Shown here one piece after another: positions 38,780-47,624 of a stretch of DNA of 64,000 nt. Every line of letters begins with the position of its first letter. Within the stretch, counting starts at the first letter, position 1. The position numbers and the translations under genes are program-made. Under the pieces are notes generated by a model that saw only the letters and a program-made list of their open reading frames with translations, ran no database searches and had not been told where the DNA came from. Location: positions 160,001-224,000 of the forward strand of contig JAIPGM010000003.1 of the NCBI GenBank assembly GCA_021735655.1. Reading direction: 5' to 3'. Source of the stretch: Candidatus Omnitrophota bacterium. Lineage in GTDB: Bacteria; Omnitrophota; Gorgyraeia; Duberdicusellales; 4484-171.

Positions 38780-39496
38780 TTGATGAAGGCTAAATATAAA
38801 AGAATTCTTCTTAAACTAAGTGGAGAGGCGTTTCAAGGGAAATATTCACACGGAATCGATAGTTCAGTCTGCGCTCTTTTAGCTAAACAGATTAAAGAGA
38901 TAGTAGAATTAGGCACTGAGATAGCTTTGGTGGTTGGTGGTGGAAATATCTTTCGCGGGGTGCCGAAATCTACTGAGTTTCAAATGCAGCGAACCGTTGC
39001 CGATTATATGGGAATGTTGGCGACTGTCTTGAATGGTTTAGCTCTTCAGAATGCTTTAGAGAATCAAGGCATTACAACTAGAGTTATGACTTCGATTGGA
39101 ATGGAAAGAATTGCTGAGCCTTATATTCGCAGGCGCGCCGTTAGACACCTAGAGAAAAAGAGGGTAGTAATATTTGTTGCCGGCACTGGCAATCCTTATT
39201 TTACCACTGATACGGCAGCAGCTTTAAAGGGAGTTGAAATTGGCGTTGATGTATTGTTTAAGGCAACTAAGGTAGATGGCGTATATTCATCGGATCCTTT
39301 TAAAAACAAAAAAGCCAAAATGTTTAAGAACTTGAAATATATGGAAGTGATCAGTAAAGAGTTAAAAATAATGGACTCAACAGCAGTTACTTTATGTATG
39401 GAAAATAAGTTACCGATAATTGTTTTCAATTTTTTAAAGAAAGATAATTTAAAAAAAGTAGTTTGTGGTAGCGATTTAGGAACTCTAATTACTTAA
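38780..39496 (+). CDS. pyrH: Uridylate kinase
   Basis: 238 aa. KRILLKLSGEAF, VVGGGNIFRG. Confidence 0.9.
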   Translation: MMKAKYKRILLKLSGEAFQGKYSHGIDSSVCALLAKQIKEIVELGTEIALVVGGGNIFRGVPKSTEFQMQRTVADYMGMLATVLNGLALQNALENQGITTRVMTSIGMERIAEPYIRRRAVRHLEKKRVVIFVAGTGNPYFTTDTAAALKGVEIGVDVLFKATKVDGVYSSDPFKNKKAKMFKNLKYMEVISKELKIMDSTAVTLCMENKLPIIVFNFLKKDNLKKVVCGSDLGTLIT

Positions 39497-39508
39497 GCGG
39501 AGGCAGAT

Positions 39509-40069
39509 ATGATTGCAAAACAAGTTCTTAGTGAAATAGAGGCAACTATGAAGAAGGGGATTGAAGCAACTAAACGAGAGTTGTCTGAGCTCCGTTCAGG
39601 GCGGGCAAATCCGAAGATGGTCGAAGGGGTAAGGGTTAATTATTATGGAACGCCAACCTTACTAAAAGAAATAGCCACTATTGGTGTTCCTGAGGCCAGG
39701 ATGGTAGTTATACATGCTTATGACCCGACATCTTTGAAAGAGATTGAGAAAGCAATATTGCAATCAGAGTTAGGTATTACCCCGGTGAATGACGGAAAGA
39801 TTATCCGTTTAATTGTCCCCCCTCTAAGTGAAGAAAGGCGGGAGGAATTAATAAAGATAGTGAAGAAAGTTGTTGAGGAAGGTAAGGTGTCGATTAGAAC
39901 TGTGAGAAGAGATGGTAAAGAGAGGATAAAACAACTCGAAAAAGATAAAAAGATTTCTGAAGATGAACGATTTAAGTCTGAGGAAGACCTTCAGAAGCTG
40001 ACCGATAAATCGATAAAAGATTTAGAAGTTATTTTAGAAGAGAAAGAAAAAGAATTGAAAGAATTTTAA
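39509..40069 (+). CDS. frr: Ribosome recycling factor
   Basis: 186 aa. RF-like fold and the conserved IRTVRRDG segment. Confidence 0.9.
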   Translation: MIAKQVLSEIEATMKKGIEATKRELSELRSGRANPKMVEGVRVNYYGTPTLLKEIATIGVPEARMVVIHAYDPTSLKEIEKAILQSELGITPVNDGKIIRLIVPPLSEERREELIKIVKKVVEEGKVSIRTVRRDGKERIKQLEKDKKISEDERFKSEEDLQKLTDKSIKDLEVILEEKEKELKEF

Positions 40070-40073
40070 CTAT

Positions 40074-40146
40074 GGGCCGCTAGCTCAGTTGGTAGAGCAC
40101 CGCCCTTTTAAGGCGGCTGTCCCCAGTTCGACCCTGGGGCGGCTCA
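40074..40146 (+). tRNA. tRNA-Lys (anticodon UUU)
   Basis: Acceptor GGGCCGC/GCGGCTC, anticodon stem CCGCC/GGCGG with loop CTTTTAA, T-loop TTCGACC. Confidence 0.85.
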
Positions 40147-40154
40147 CTTGTTAC

Positions 40155-40236
40155 GCCGCGGTGGCGGAACTGGCAGACGCGCATGGCTTAGGACCATGTC
40201 TCGTAAGGGGTGGGAGTTCGACTCTCCCCCGCGGCA
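40155..40236 (+). tRNA. tRNA-Leu (anticodon UAG)
   Basis: Acceptor GCCGCGG/CCGCGGC, anticodon stem CATGG/CCATG with loop CTTAGGA, a 13-nt variable arm, T-arm GGGAG-TTCGACT-CTCCC. Confidence 0.85.
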
Positions 40237-40249
40237 TTTGTAGTTTTTC

Positions 40250-40323
40250 GCGGGGGTAGCTCAATCGGCTAGAGCGTCACGTTGCCAACGTGAAGGTTGA
40301 GGGTTCGATTCCCTTCCTCCGCT
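40250..40323 (+). tRNA. tRNA-Gly (anticodon GCC)
   Basis: Acceptor GCGGGGG/CCTCCGC, anticodon stem TCACG/CGTGA with loop TTGCCAA, discriminator U, followed by a T-run. Confidence 0.8.
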
Positions 40324-40347
40324 GTTTTTTTAGTTTAAAATTCAATA

Positions 40348-40818
40348 ATGAACGTTTTAGATTATTTAGATTCAGAAAGCATTATTTTAGGTTTAAAAGC
40401 CAAAAATAAAAAGGCTGCTGTTTCGTCTATGCTTGATTATCTTGTTCAAAAAAAGAAGATAACCAAGGATGACAAAAAAACTATTGCCCGGGCCATATTT
40501 CGTCGAGAAGAAATGGGCTCTACCGCGATTGGAAACCACATAGCATTTCCCCACGCTCGAGTGAATTCGGTTAAAGATATTATCATCTGCGTAGGAGTAT
40601 CTAAAGAAGGGGTTGATTTTGATTCTTTAGACCAAGAACCAGTTAGCATTATTGCTTTACTTTTATCGAACCAGAGTGAAGCGGGTTTACATCTTAAAAT
40701 GTTGGCTTTCTTGGCACGAATGTTGCGGGATAAATATCTCGTTCAGAGATTGAAGAACGCAAAAAGTCAGACTGAAGTCATAGCGTTGTTGCGTCAGCAA
40801 CAGCAAGCGATTGGTTAG
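40348..40818 (+). CDS. ptsN: PTS EIIA(Ntr)-type regulatory protein PtsN
   Basis: 156 aa PTS EIIA type-2 domain with active-site His (GNHIAFPHAR). Confidence 0.75.
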   Translation: MNVLDYLDSESIILGLKAKNKKAAVSSMLDYLVQKKKITKDDKKTIARAIFRREEMGSTAIGNHIAFPHARVNSVKDIIICVGVSKEGVDFDSLDQEPVSIIALLLSNQSEAGLHLKMLAFLARMLRDKYLVQRLKNAKSQTEVIALLRQQQQAIG

Positions 40819-40845
40819 AGGAAAATCTTTTTAAAGTAAAAAAGT

Positions 40846-42108
40846 ATGAAAAAATTTATAAAAGTTATACGTTGGTTATACCCAGGCTTGCGGATAAAGC
40901 GGTGGGTAGGATTATTAGTTTTAAGTAGTTTTTTCGTGATTTTTTCTACGGTTCGTTTTATCTATGATGTTGATCCGGTTTTGCGAATATTCGATTTGGT
41001 TTTATTTGTATTTTCTTTCGCCGGTTTTATTGCTGGGGTAAAATCATTGATTGAGAGTTTTTTTGAAGCCATTTATCCTGGGAAGAATAAAGAACTGATT
41101 GATATAATTTACGAAAAACGATTTCTTTCCAAGGGACCAAAAATTGTAGCTATTGGTGGAGGAACTGGCTTGTCAACCATCCTTGAAGGCTTAAAGAAAT
41201 ACACCGCGAATATAACCGCAATCGTTACTGTGGCTGATGAAGGAGGGTCTTCGGGGCGATTGCGTGAAGAATTTGGAATATTGCCACCGGGTGATATACG
41301 TAACTGCCTTGTTTCCTTGGCTGAGGTTCCTCAGATGATGCGTGATTTGTTTCAATATCGTTTTGAGGAAGGAGATGGTATCAAAGGCCATAGCTTTGGT
41401 AATCTTTTCATCACGGCTATGACTCAGGTGACCGGAAGTTTTAAGGATGCTGTAGAAGAATCAAGCATTGTTTTAGCCATCCGGGGAAGGGTTTTGCCTT
41501 CGAGCCTTGATCGGATTCGTCTTAAGGCTGAATACGGTGATGGGACAACTAAAGAGGGAGAAGATAAGATTCCTGACGAGGGAAGATCAATAAAGAACAT
41601 TTGTCTTATTCCTGATGACCCTAAGCCAAATCCCGAAGCAATTGAAGCAATCCGCGAGGCTGAAATAATAGTTTTTGGTCCGGGAAGTCTATTCACTAGC
41701 GTTATTCCAAATCTTTTGATTGGTCAGATTAAAGATGAGATTTCGAAGCGCGATGTTATGAAGTTGTATATTTGTAATGTTATGACTCAAAATGGCGAAA
41801 CTGATGGTTTTACAGCTTTTGATCATTTCAATACAATTGTTTCACACACTAAGAAAAATGTGATTAATAGCTGTTTGGTGAATTCGGGACGTCTTGAACA
41901 TCGTCTTTTAGTTAAATATGCTCAGGAGAAGTCTTTTCCGGTTATCTTTGATCGTGAGCGTTTTAAAAAGAAAGGCGTGGGAATATTTGAGGCCAATGTT
42001 GTTAGTAGAAGCAATTATTTAAGGCATGATTCAGAAAGAGTGTCTAAGGAAATTATAAATATTTATAACTATCGGAAGCGACGATGGAAAGTTTGGAAAA
42101 GAAAATAA
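40846..42108 (+). CDS. YvcK/UPF0052 (CofD-like, gluconeogenesis factor) family protein with N-terminal membrane anchor
   Basis: 420 aa. Residues ~1-90 form two hydrophobic helices. The remainder is a YvcK core (KIVAIGGGTGLSTILEGLK; ADEGGSSGRLREEFGILPPGDIRN). Confidence 0.75.
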   Translation: MKKFIKVIRWLYPGLRIKRWVGLLVLSSFFVIFSTVRFIYDVDPVLRIFDLVLFVFSFAGFIAGVKSLIESFFEAIYPGKNKELIDIIYEKRFLSKGPKIVAIGGGTGLSTILEGLKKYTANITAIVTVADEGGSSGRLREEFGILPPGDIRNCLVSLAEVPQMMRDLFQYRFEEGDGIKGHSFGNLFITAMTQVTGSFKDAVEESSIVLAIRGRVLPSSLDRIRLKAEYGDGTTKEGEDKIPDEGRSIKNICLIPDDPKPNPEAIEAIREAEIIVFGPGSLFTSVIPNLLIGQIKDEISKRDVMKLYICNVMTQNGETDGFTAFDHFNTIVSHTKKNVINSCLVNSGRLEHRLLVKYAQEKSFPVIFDRERFKKKGVGIFEANVVSRSNYLRHDSERVSKEIINIYNYRKRRWKVWKRK

Positions 42109-42350
42109 TAGTAAATAAAGAGCATGGTTTACATGCACGGCCAGCAACTATTTTTGTCCAGTTAGCCAATAAGTTTAATTCTTCCGTTAAGGTTGTCAAG
42201 GATGGCGAAGCGGTAGACGGTAAGTCAATAATCGCTATTTTAAGTTTAGGGGTAAGCAAGGGGGCAGAAGTGGCTTTAGTTGTTGAGGGTGGTGATTCCC
42301 AAGAGGCTATGGACGAACTCAAAAAATTTTTAGAGGCTGAAAATGATTAA
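42084..42350 (+). CDS. ptsH: Phosphocarrier protein HPr
   Basis: 88 aa. His15 motif (EHGLHARPA) and Ser46 region (GKSIIAI). Confidence 0.9.
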   Translation: MESLEKKIIVNKEHGLHARPATIFVQLANKFNSSVKVVKDGEAVDGKSIIAILSLGVSKGAEVALVVEGGDSQEAMDELKKFLEAEND

Positions 42351-44100
42351 ATTAAAAGGCATTGCTGTTAGTGGCGGAGTTGGGATCGGAACAGTTCTAA
42401 CCTTGAGAAAGGATGAGCTTTCGATTCCTAGGAGAAAAATTGCTCATGATGAGATTTCTCGCGAGATCTATCGTTTGGAAGAGGCTTTGATTGAAACTCG
42501 TCGGCAAATTTCGGACCTTCAAAAGAAGATTTCTCAAGACATTGGCTTTGATCACGGAAGGATATTCGAAGCTCATTTTTTGGTTCTTGAAGACAGGATG
42601 CTTATCGAAGATATTATTAAACAAATTAAAAATAATAAAGTTAACGTAGAGTACGCGTTTTCTCAAAGTGTAAAGAAGTATGTTGATACGCTTTTACATT
42701 TGAACGATGAATACTTAAGAGAAAGAGTTGTCGATATCGAAGATATTGCCCGCAGAGTTTTACGGACAATGTTGAAGGAAAAGGCAACTACTTTAAGTAA
42801 TTTAAAAGAAAAGGTAGTTGTTGTTGCTCATGATCTTGGCCCTTCTCAAACTGCGTCTTTGCCAAAAGAAAATGTTCTTGGGTTTGTTACTGATATCGGA
42901 GGTAGGACATCACATACTGCGATTATTGCTCGTACCTTAAGAATTCCGGCAGTCGTTGGTCTCGAAACAGCTACTGATAATATTAAGTCTGGAGATAAAA
43001 TTATAGTTGATGGGTCAACTGGCGAAGTTATAGTCAACCCGACTGATAAGGTTCTTAAAGAATATGAAAAAAAGTCAACCCTTTATGATAAAGAAATTAA
43101 AGCTATCCATATTCCCAAGGCTTTAAAGGCAACAACCAAGGATGGTAAAGAAGTTATTATTTCAGCTAATATTGAGTTACCTGAAGAATTATCTTTAGTT
43201 AAACAATACGGAGCAGAGGGTATTGGTCTTTATCGGACAGAGTATATTTTTCTGGGCCGGAGGGATTTACCTTCCGAGGAAGAGCAATATGAGGCTTATC
43301 GGTTAGTAGCTAAAAAGGTTAAGCCAAATACAGTAGTTTTTAGGACTATTGATATTGGTGGGGATAAGTTTCTTTCTCGACCAGAAGTTCCCCATGAGAT
43401 GAGTCCTTTTTTAGGTTGGCGGGCAATTAGGTTTTGTTTAGCCCGACCAGAAGTGTTTAAAGCTCAGCTACGGGCAATTTTGAGAGCTTCGGTTGAGAAA
43501 AACGTAAATGTAATGTTTCCGATGATTTCGGGGGTAGAGGAACTCAGGGCGGCCAAAGCTATTCTTAATGAGTGTAAAGGTGAACTACGTAAAGAAAACA
43601 AACATTTTGATGAAAAATTGGCAGTTGGCACGATGATTGAAGTTCCTTCGGCAGCTTTAACGGCTGATGCCTTAGCTAAAGAGAGTGATTTTTTTAGTAT
43701 TGGAACTAATGATTTGATTCAATATTCTTTAGCCGTTGATCGGGGAAACGAAAAGGTTGCTTATCTTTATGAACCGGGGCACCCGGCAGTATTGAAACTT
43801 ATAAAACAGGTTATCGATGCGGCTCATAAAAATAAGATTTGGGCAGGCATGTGCGGGGAAATGAGTGGTGAGCCTATTTTTTCATTTTTACTTTTAGGTT
43901 TAGGGCTTGATAAGTTTAGTATGTCTCCGCCTCAGATTCCTAAAATAAAAGAGTTAATCTCTAACGTTAAATTTTCTGACGCTCAAAAGATTGCCGTCAA
44001 GGCTTTAAATATTTTAACCGCCAAGGAAGTTGAAAAGTATTTTCAGGGCGAGCTAAAGAAGATTTTAAAAGATAAATTTAACCATATTTTAATGGTTTAA
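42343..44100 (+). CDS. ptsI: PEP-protein phosphotransferase Enzyme I
   Basis: 585 aa. Phospho-His domain (GGRTSHTAIIAR) and a PEP-utilising TIM barrel. Confidence 0.9.
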   Translation: MIKLKGIAVSGGVGIGTVLTLRKDELSIPRRKIAHDEISREIYRLEEALIETRRQISDLQKKISQDIGFDHGRIFEAHFLVLEDRMLIEDIIKQIKNNKVNVEYAFSQSVKKYVDTLLHLNDEYLRERVVDIEDIARRVLRTMLKEKATTLSNLKEKVVVVAHDLGPSQTASLPKENVLGFVTDIGGRTSHTAIIARTLRIPAVVGLETATDNIKSGDKIIVDGSTGEVIVNPTDKVLKEYEKKSTLYDKEIKAIHIPKALKATTKDGKEVIISANIELPEELSLVKQYGAEGIGLYRTEYIFLGRRDLPSEEEQYEAYRLVAKKVKPNTVVFRTIDIGGDKFLSRPEVPHEMSPFLGWRAIRFCLARPEVFKAQLRAILRASVEKNVNVMFPMISGVEELRAAKAILNECKGELRKENKHFDEKLAVGTMIEVPSAALTADALAKESDFFSIGTNDLIQYSLAVDRGNEKVAYLYEPGHPAVLKLIKQVIDAAHKNKIWAGMCGEMSGEPIFSFLLLGLGLDKFSMSPPQIPKIKELISNVKFSDAQKIAVKALNILTAKEVEKYFQGELKKILKDKFNHILMV

Positions 44101-44103
44101 ACT

Positions 44104-44835
44104 ATGAAAGTAATAATTCTTGCCGCCGGTTATGGAACCAGACTTTATCCTTTAACTTATCATATTGCTAAACCGTTATTGCTGGTGAATAAAAAGCCGA
44201 TGCTTAATTTTTTGATTGATAAGATAGCTATTTTAAAAAAGAGCTTTCCGATTGATGAGGTACGAGTTGTAGTTAATGATAAGTTTTATAAAGATTTTTT
44301 AGCCTGGGAGAAAAGATATAAAATAAAAGTAAAGATTGTCAATGATGGTTCAACTAGCCCTGATGATCGTCTAGGTGCAATAAAAGATATGAGATTTGCA
44401 ATGGGTAAAGAAAAGTGTGATTGGTTGATACTTGGTGGAGATAATTTATTTGAGGATAGTTTGACCAGTTTCTTGGATTTTGCTTTAGATAAAGAATCTA
44501 ATCCATCAATTGGCCTTTACGATCTGAAATCAAAAAAAGAGGCAACCCGGTTTGGCATAGTTAGTTTAAACACCAAGTCACGAATTGTAAAATTTGCCGA
44601 GAAACCAAAGAAACCAGCCTCAACCCTTGCGGCATCATGTGTTTATTTTTTTCCTAAGAAATCCCTAGGGTTACTAAATACATTTGTTAAGGGTCATAGA
44701 AGTGTTGATGCTTCCGGGCGCTATATTGCTTGGCTTGTTAGGACGGCTAAGGTTTTCGGTTATATCTTAAAAGGCAAGTGGATTGATATTGGACATATTG
44801 ATTCTTTAAAGTTAGCCGAAAAAGCATTTAAATAA
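44104..44835 (+). CDS. Sugar-phosphate nucleotidyltransferase (NTP-transferase family)
   Basis: 243 aa. N-terminus ILAAGYGTRLYPLT(x)KPLL is a G(x)GTRL signature. Confidence 0.65.
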   Translation: MKVIILAAGYGTRLYPLTYHIAKPLLLVNKKPMLNFLIDKIAILKKSFPIDEVRVVVNDKFYKDFLAWEKRYKIKVKIVNDGSTSPDDRLGAIKDMRFAMGKEKCDWLILGGDNLFEDSLTSFLDFALDKESNPSIGLYDLKSKKEATRFGIVSLNTKSRIVKFAEKPKKPASTLAASCVYFFPKKSLGLLNTFVKGHRSVDASGRYIAWLVRTAKVFGYILKGKWIDIGHIDSLKLAEKAFK

Positions 44836-44859
44836 GATTTAGATTTATGGAGGATTAGT

Positions 44860-45918
44860 ATGCAGTTAAAACAGATGAGAGGAAAAATTGATAAGATAGA
44901 CAAAAGAATAGTCGAGTTGCTTAACCAGCGGGCTCAGGAAGTAATAAAAATAAGCCTTCTTAAGAAGAAAAAGAAATTATCTCTTTATTCTCCGGAAAGA
45001 GAGGCTAGCATGCTTGAGTCTCTTAAAAAGCTAAGCCAGGGGCCTTTGCGTGGAGAAGATATTGAAAATGTTTTTCGGGAAGTTTTATCAGCCTGTCGTT
45101 CTCAGAAGGCCAATTTGGAGATTGCCTACTTAGGGCCTCAAGGCACTTTTACTCATCTTGCGGCAATAAAGAAATTCGGCAAAAGACCGGACTATCTTCC
45201 GGTAGCAAGTATTAGTGATGTTTTTGATGCCGTCGACAGAGACCAAGCGCAATACGGAGTTGTTCCGGTTGAGAACTCTACCGAAGGGGTAATTAACTAT
45301 ACTTTGGATATGTTTTTTGGCTCATCGTTAAACATTTGCGCTGAGATAACTATGAATATTTCGCACGCCCTCTTAGCTAAAGGGTCTGAGAGTATAAAAC
45401 GGGTTTACTCTAATCCTGAAGTATTTGCTCAGTGTCGAAACTGGATAGCTGCTTCCTTAAAGGATGTTGAGTTAGTTCCAGTTTCATCGACGGCTAAAGC
45501 GGCTAAAGAAGCTAAAAAAGATAAAAATGGTGCTTGTATCGGGAATAAAATTTTGGCCAATCTTTATGGTTTGAGAATAATAGCTTCTTCAATTCAAGAC
45601 TCATCAAACAATTACACAAGATTTTTGGTAATTGCTAAAAATGATAGTCCACCTTCTGGTAAAGATAAGACCTCTATTTTGTTTTCAACTAAAGATAAAG
45701 TAGGGGCTTTGCATGATATTTTGTCATCGTTTAAGGCTTCGGGCTTAAATCTTACTAAAATAGAGTCTCGGCCTTCTAAGAAAAAAGCCTGGGAGTACTA
45801 TTTCTTTGTCGATTTTCAAGGACACAAGAGCTCTGCTTTGGTTAAGAAGTCTTTGAAGAAATTAGAGAAACAATGTTCCTTTGTTAAACTTCTTGGTTCT
45901 TACCCCTGTGAAAATTAG
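44860..45918 (+). CDS. pheA: Bifunctional chorismate mutase / prephenate dehydratase (P-protein)
   Basis: 352 aa. N-terminal chorismate mutase helix pair, PDT domain (YLGPQGTF), C-terminal ACT domain. Confidence 0.85.
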   Translation: MQLKQMRGKIDKIDKRIVELLNQRAQEVIKISLLKKKKKLSLYSPEREASMLESLKKLSQGPLRGEDIENVFREVLSACRSQKANLEIAYLGPQGTFTHLAAIKKFGKRPDYLPVASISDVFDAVDRDQAQYGVVPVENSTEGVINYTLDMFFGSSLNICAEITMNISHALLAKGSESIKRVYSNPEVFAQCRNWIAASLKDVELVPVSSTAKAAKEAKKDKNGACIGNKILANLYGLRIIASSIQDSSNNYTRFLVIAKNDSPPSGKDKTSILFSTKDKVGALHDILSSFKASGLNLTKIESRPSKKKAWEYYFFVDFQGHKSSALVKKSLKKLEKQCSFVKLLGSYPCEN

Positions 45919-46501
45919 CCTGTTAGTTGAGGCGTTAAAAAATATTAAGGAGATAAAAATCAAAAAAAGCTTTACTTTAATTGAATTAATTGTAGTCATC
46001 GCAATCATTGCCATTTTAGCGGCGATCATTGCACCGAATGCTTTTCGAGCAATTGAGAAAGCTAAAATATCTGCCACAGTTCAGGATTTTAAATCTTTTA
46101 AAACTGCGACTCAGGCTTATTATGCTGATGTTGGAAAGTGGCCTTGGGAGGGCGCAGTTTGGAATCCACCCAATTGGGACACCAGCAATGGCGAAGGGTA
46201 TATCAACAATGATGGTGCCTCAGGTTGGGATGGACCTTATTTGGAAGGTTGGCCAAAAGCCAATTGGGGTATGGATTTTGTTTGTTATTATTATTTGAGT
46301 GATTGGGATGCAGATGGGATAGCTGAAAGTCATTTTGTTTCAATTCGCAAGAATGCCTTCGTTACTCCTACAGGCAATTCTACAGCCTTGCCAGAACATG
46401 TTCGACAAAGGATAGATGAGATTCTTGATGACGGAGATTTGGATACCGGAAAACTTCAGATGGCTAGCGATTTGTATTTTGACTATCTACTAGTTAGATG
46501 A
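45881..46501 (+). CDS. Type IV pilin / pseudopilin-like protein, paralogue 2
   Basis: The mature-like N-terminus KKSFTLIELIVVIAIIAILAAIIAPNAF is near-identical to paralogue 1; GWDGPY and DDGDL motifs are shared. The track start (ATG 45881) overlaps pheA by 38 nt. An AAGGAG RBS (45947-45952) lies 6 nt before an ATC at 45959 that aligns with paralogue 1's ATG, so the true start is uncertain (ATG 45881, GTG 45908 or ATC 45959). Confidence 0.75.
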   Translation: MLNFLVLTPVKISLLVEALKNIKEIKIKKSFTLIELIVVIAIIAILAAIIAPNAFRAIEKAKISATVQDFKSFKTATQAYYADVGKWPWEGAVWNPPNWDTSNGEGYINNDGASGWDGPYLEGWPKANWGMDFVCYYYLSDWDADGIAESHFVSIRKNAFVTPTGNSTALPEHVRQRIDEILDDGDLDTGKLQMASDLYFDYLLVR

Positions 46502-46529
46502 AGGCCATTAAAAGCCTAACTAAAACTTT

Positions 46530-47621
46530 ATGGGGACATATCGTAAAGAATTAAAAAAGATCGATAACTATAAGCCGGGAAAACCAATCGAAGAAGTAAA
46601 AAGAGCTTTGGGATTGGGTGAGGTCTATAAACTGGCTTCTAACGAGATTCCTTTTGAACCGACCTATATAAAAAAAGCTGTTTTGGCTGAGATTAAGAAC
46701 ATTAATCGTTATCCAGAAAGTGGTTCATTTTACCTGAGGCAAAAATTAGCTAAAAAACTAAAAGTTAACGAAGAACAGCTAGTTTTTGGTAACGGATCTG
46801 ACGAGTTGATTGTTCTGGCACTTAAGGCCTTTGTTGAAAAGGGTGACCAGGTTATAGTGTCTTATCCGACCTTTTTGATTTATGAAATTCAAGCAAAAAT
46901 AGCCGGTGCTAAAGTTATTAGAGTTCCTTCCAGCGGCTTGCGTTACGATTTAGAGGAAATAGCAAAGAAGGTAAATAAGAAGACAAAGATTATTTTTATT
47001 GCTAATCCTGATAATCCTACCGGAACCTATTTGACTCAGCGAGAAATTAATAATTTTTTAGCTAAAATTCCTAAGTCGATATTAGTTTTTTTTGATGAGG
47101 CTTACTTTGAATTTGCACCAAAGAATTTTCCTAAAAGTTTGGCTTTTTTAAAGAAAAGAGGCAATATCATTGTAACTAGAACATTTTCTAAGGCCTATGG
47201 CTTGGCTGGCTTGCGTATTGGTTATGGAGTTACTACTAAAGAGATAGCCGGTATTTTAAATAAAATTAGGGAGCCGTTTAATATTAATCGCTTTGCTCAA
47301 GTAGCGGCCGTTGCCGCTTTAGGAAACAACAGTTTTTTAAAAAAGGCAGTAAGCTATGTAAATAATGAAAAGAGCTATTTTTATCGAGAATTAAAAAAAT
47401 GCAAACTTTCATTCGTTGAGAGCGCGACTAATTTTGTAGTGGTTGATTTTAAGAAGAGCACTAAGGGGCTTTATGATTATTTGTTGAAAAATGGCGTTAT
47501 TGTTCGTGAACTTAAGGGTTGGGGCTTGTCGCGTTACTTTCGAGTGACTGTGGGCCTAGCTAAGGAAAATAGAAAATTTATAAGTTGTTTAAAGGCTTAT
47601 TTAGCCAAAATTAAAGGATAA
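46530..47621 (+). CDS. hisC: Histidinol-phosphate / aromatic aminotransferase (class II)
   Basis: 363 aa. PLP-Lys region (RTFSKAYGLAGLRIGY). It sits within the aromatic-amino-acid cluster. Confidence 0.8.
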   Translation: MGTYRKELKKIDNYKPGKPIEEVKRALGLGEVYKLASNEIPFEPTYIKKAVLAEIKNINRYPESGSFYLRQKLAKKLKVNEEQLVFGNGSDELIVLALKAFVEKGDQVIVSYPTFLIYEIQAKIAGAKVIRVPSSGLRYDLEEIAKKVNKKTKIIFIANPDNPTGTYLTQREINNFLAKIPKSILVFFDEAYFEFAPKNFPKSLAFLKKRGNIIVTRTFSKAYGLAGLRIGYGVTTKEIAGILNKIREPFNINRFAQVAAVAALGNNSFLKKAVSYVNNEKSYFYRELKKCKLSFVESATNFVVVDFKKSTKGLYDYLLKNGVIVRELKGWGLSRYFRVTVGLAKENRKFISCLKAYLAKIKG

Positions 47622-47624
47622 ACT

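Noticed and set aside
46029-46298. 89-aa plus-strand ORF
   Set aside because: Alternative frame inside pilin paralogue 2.
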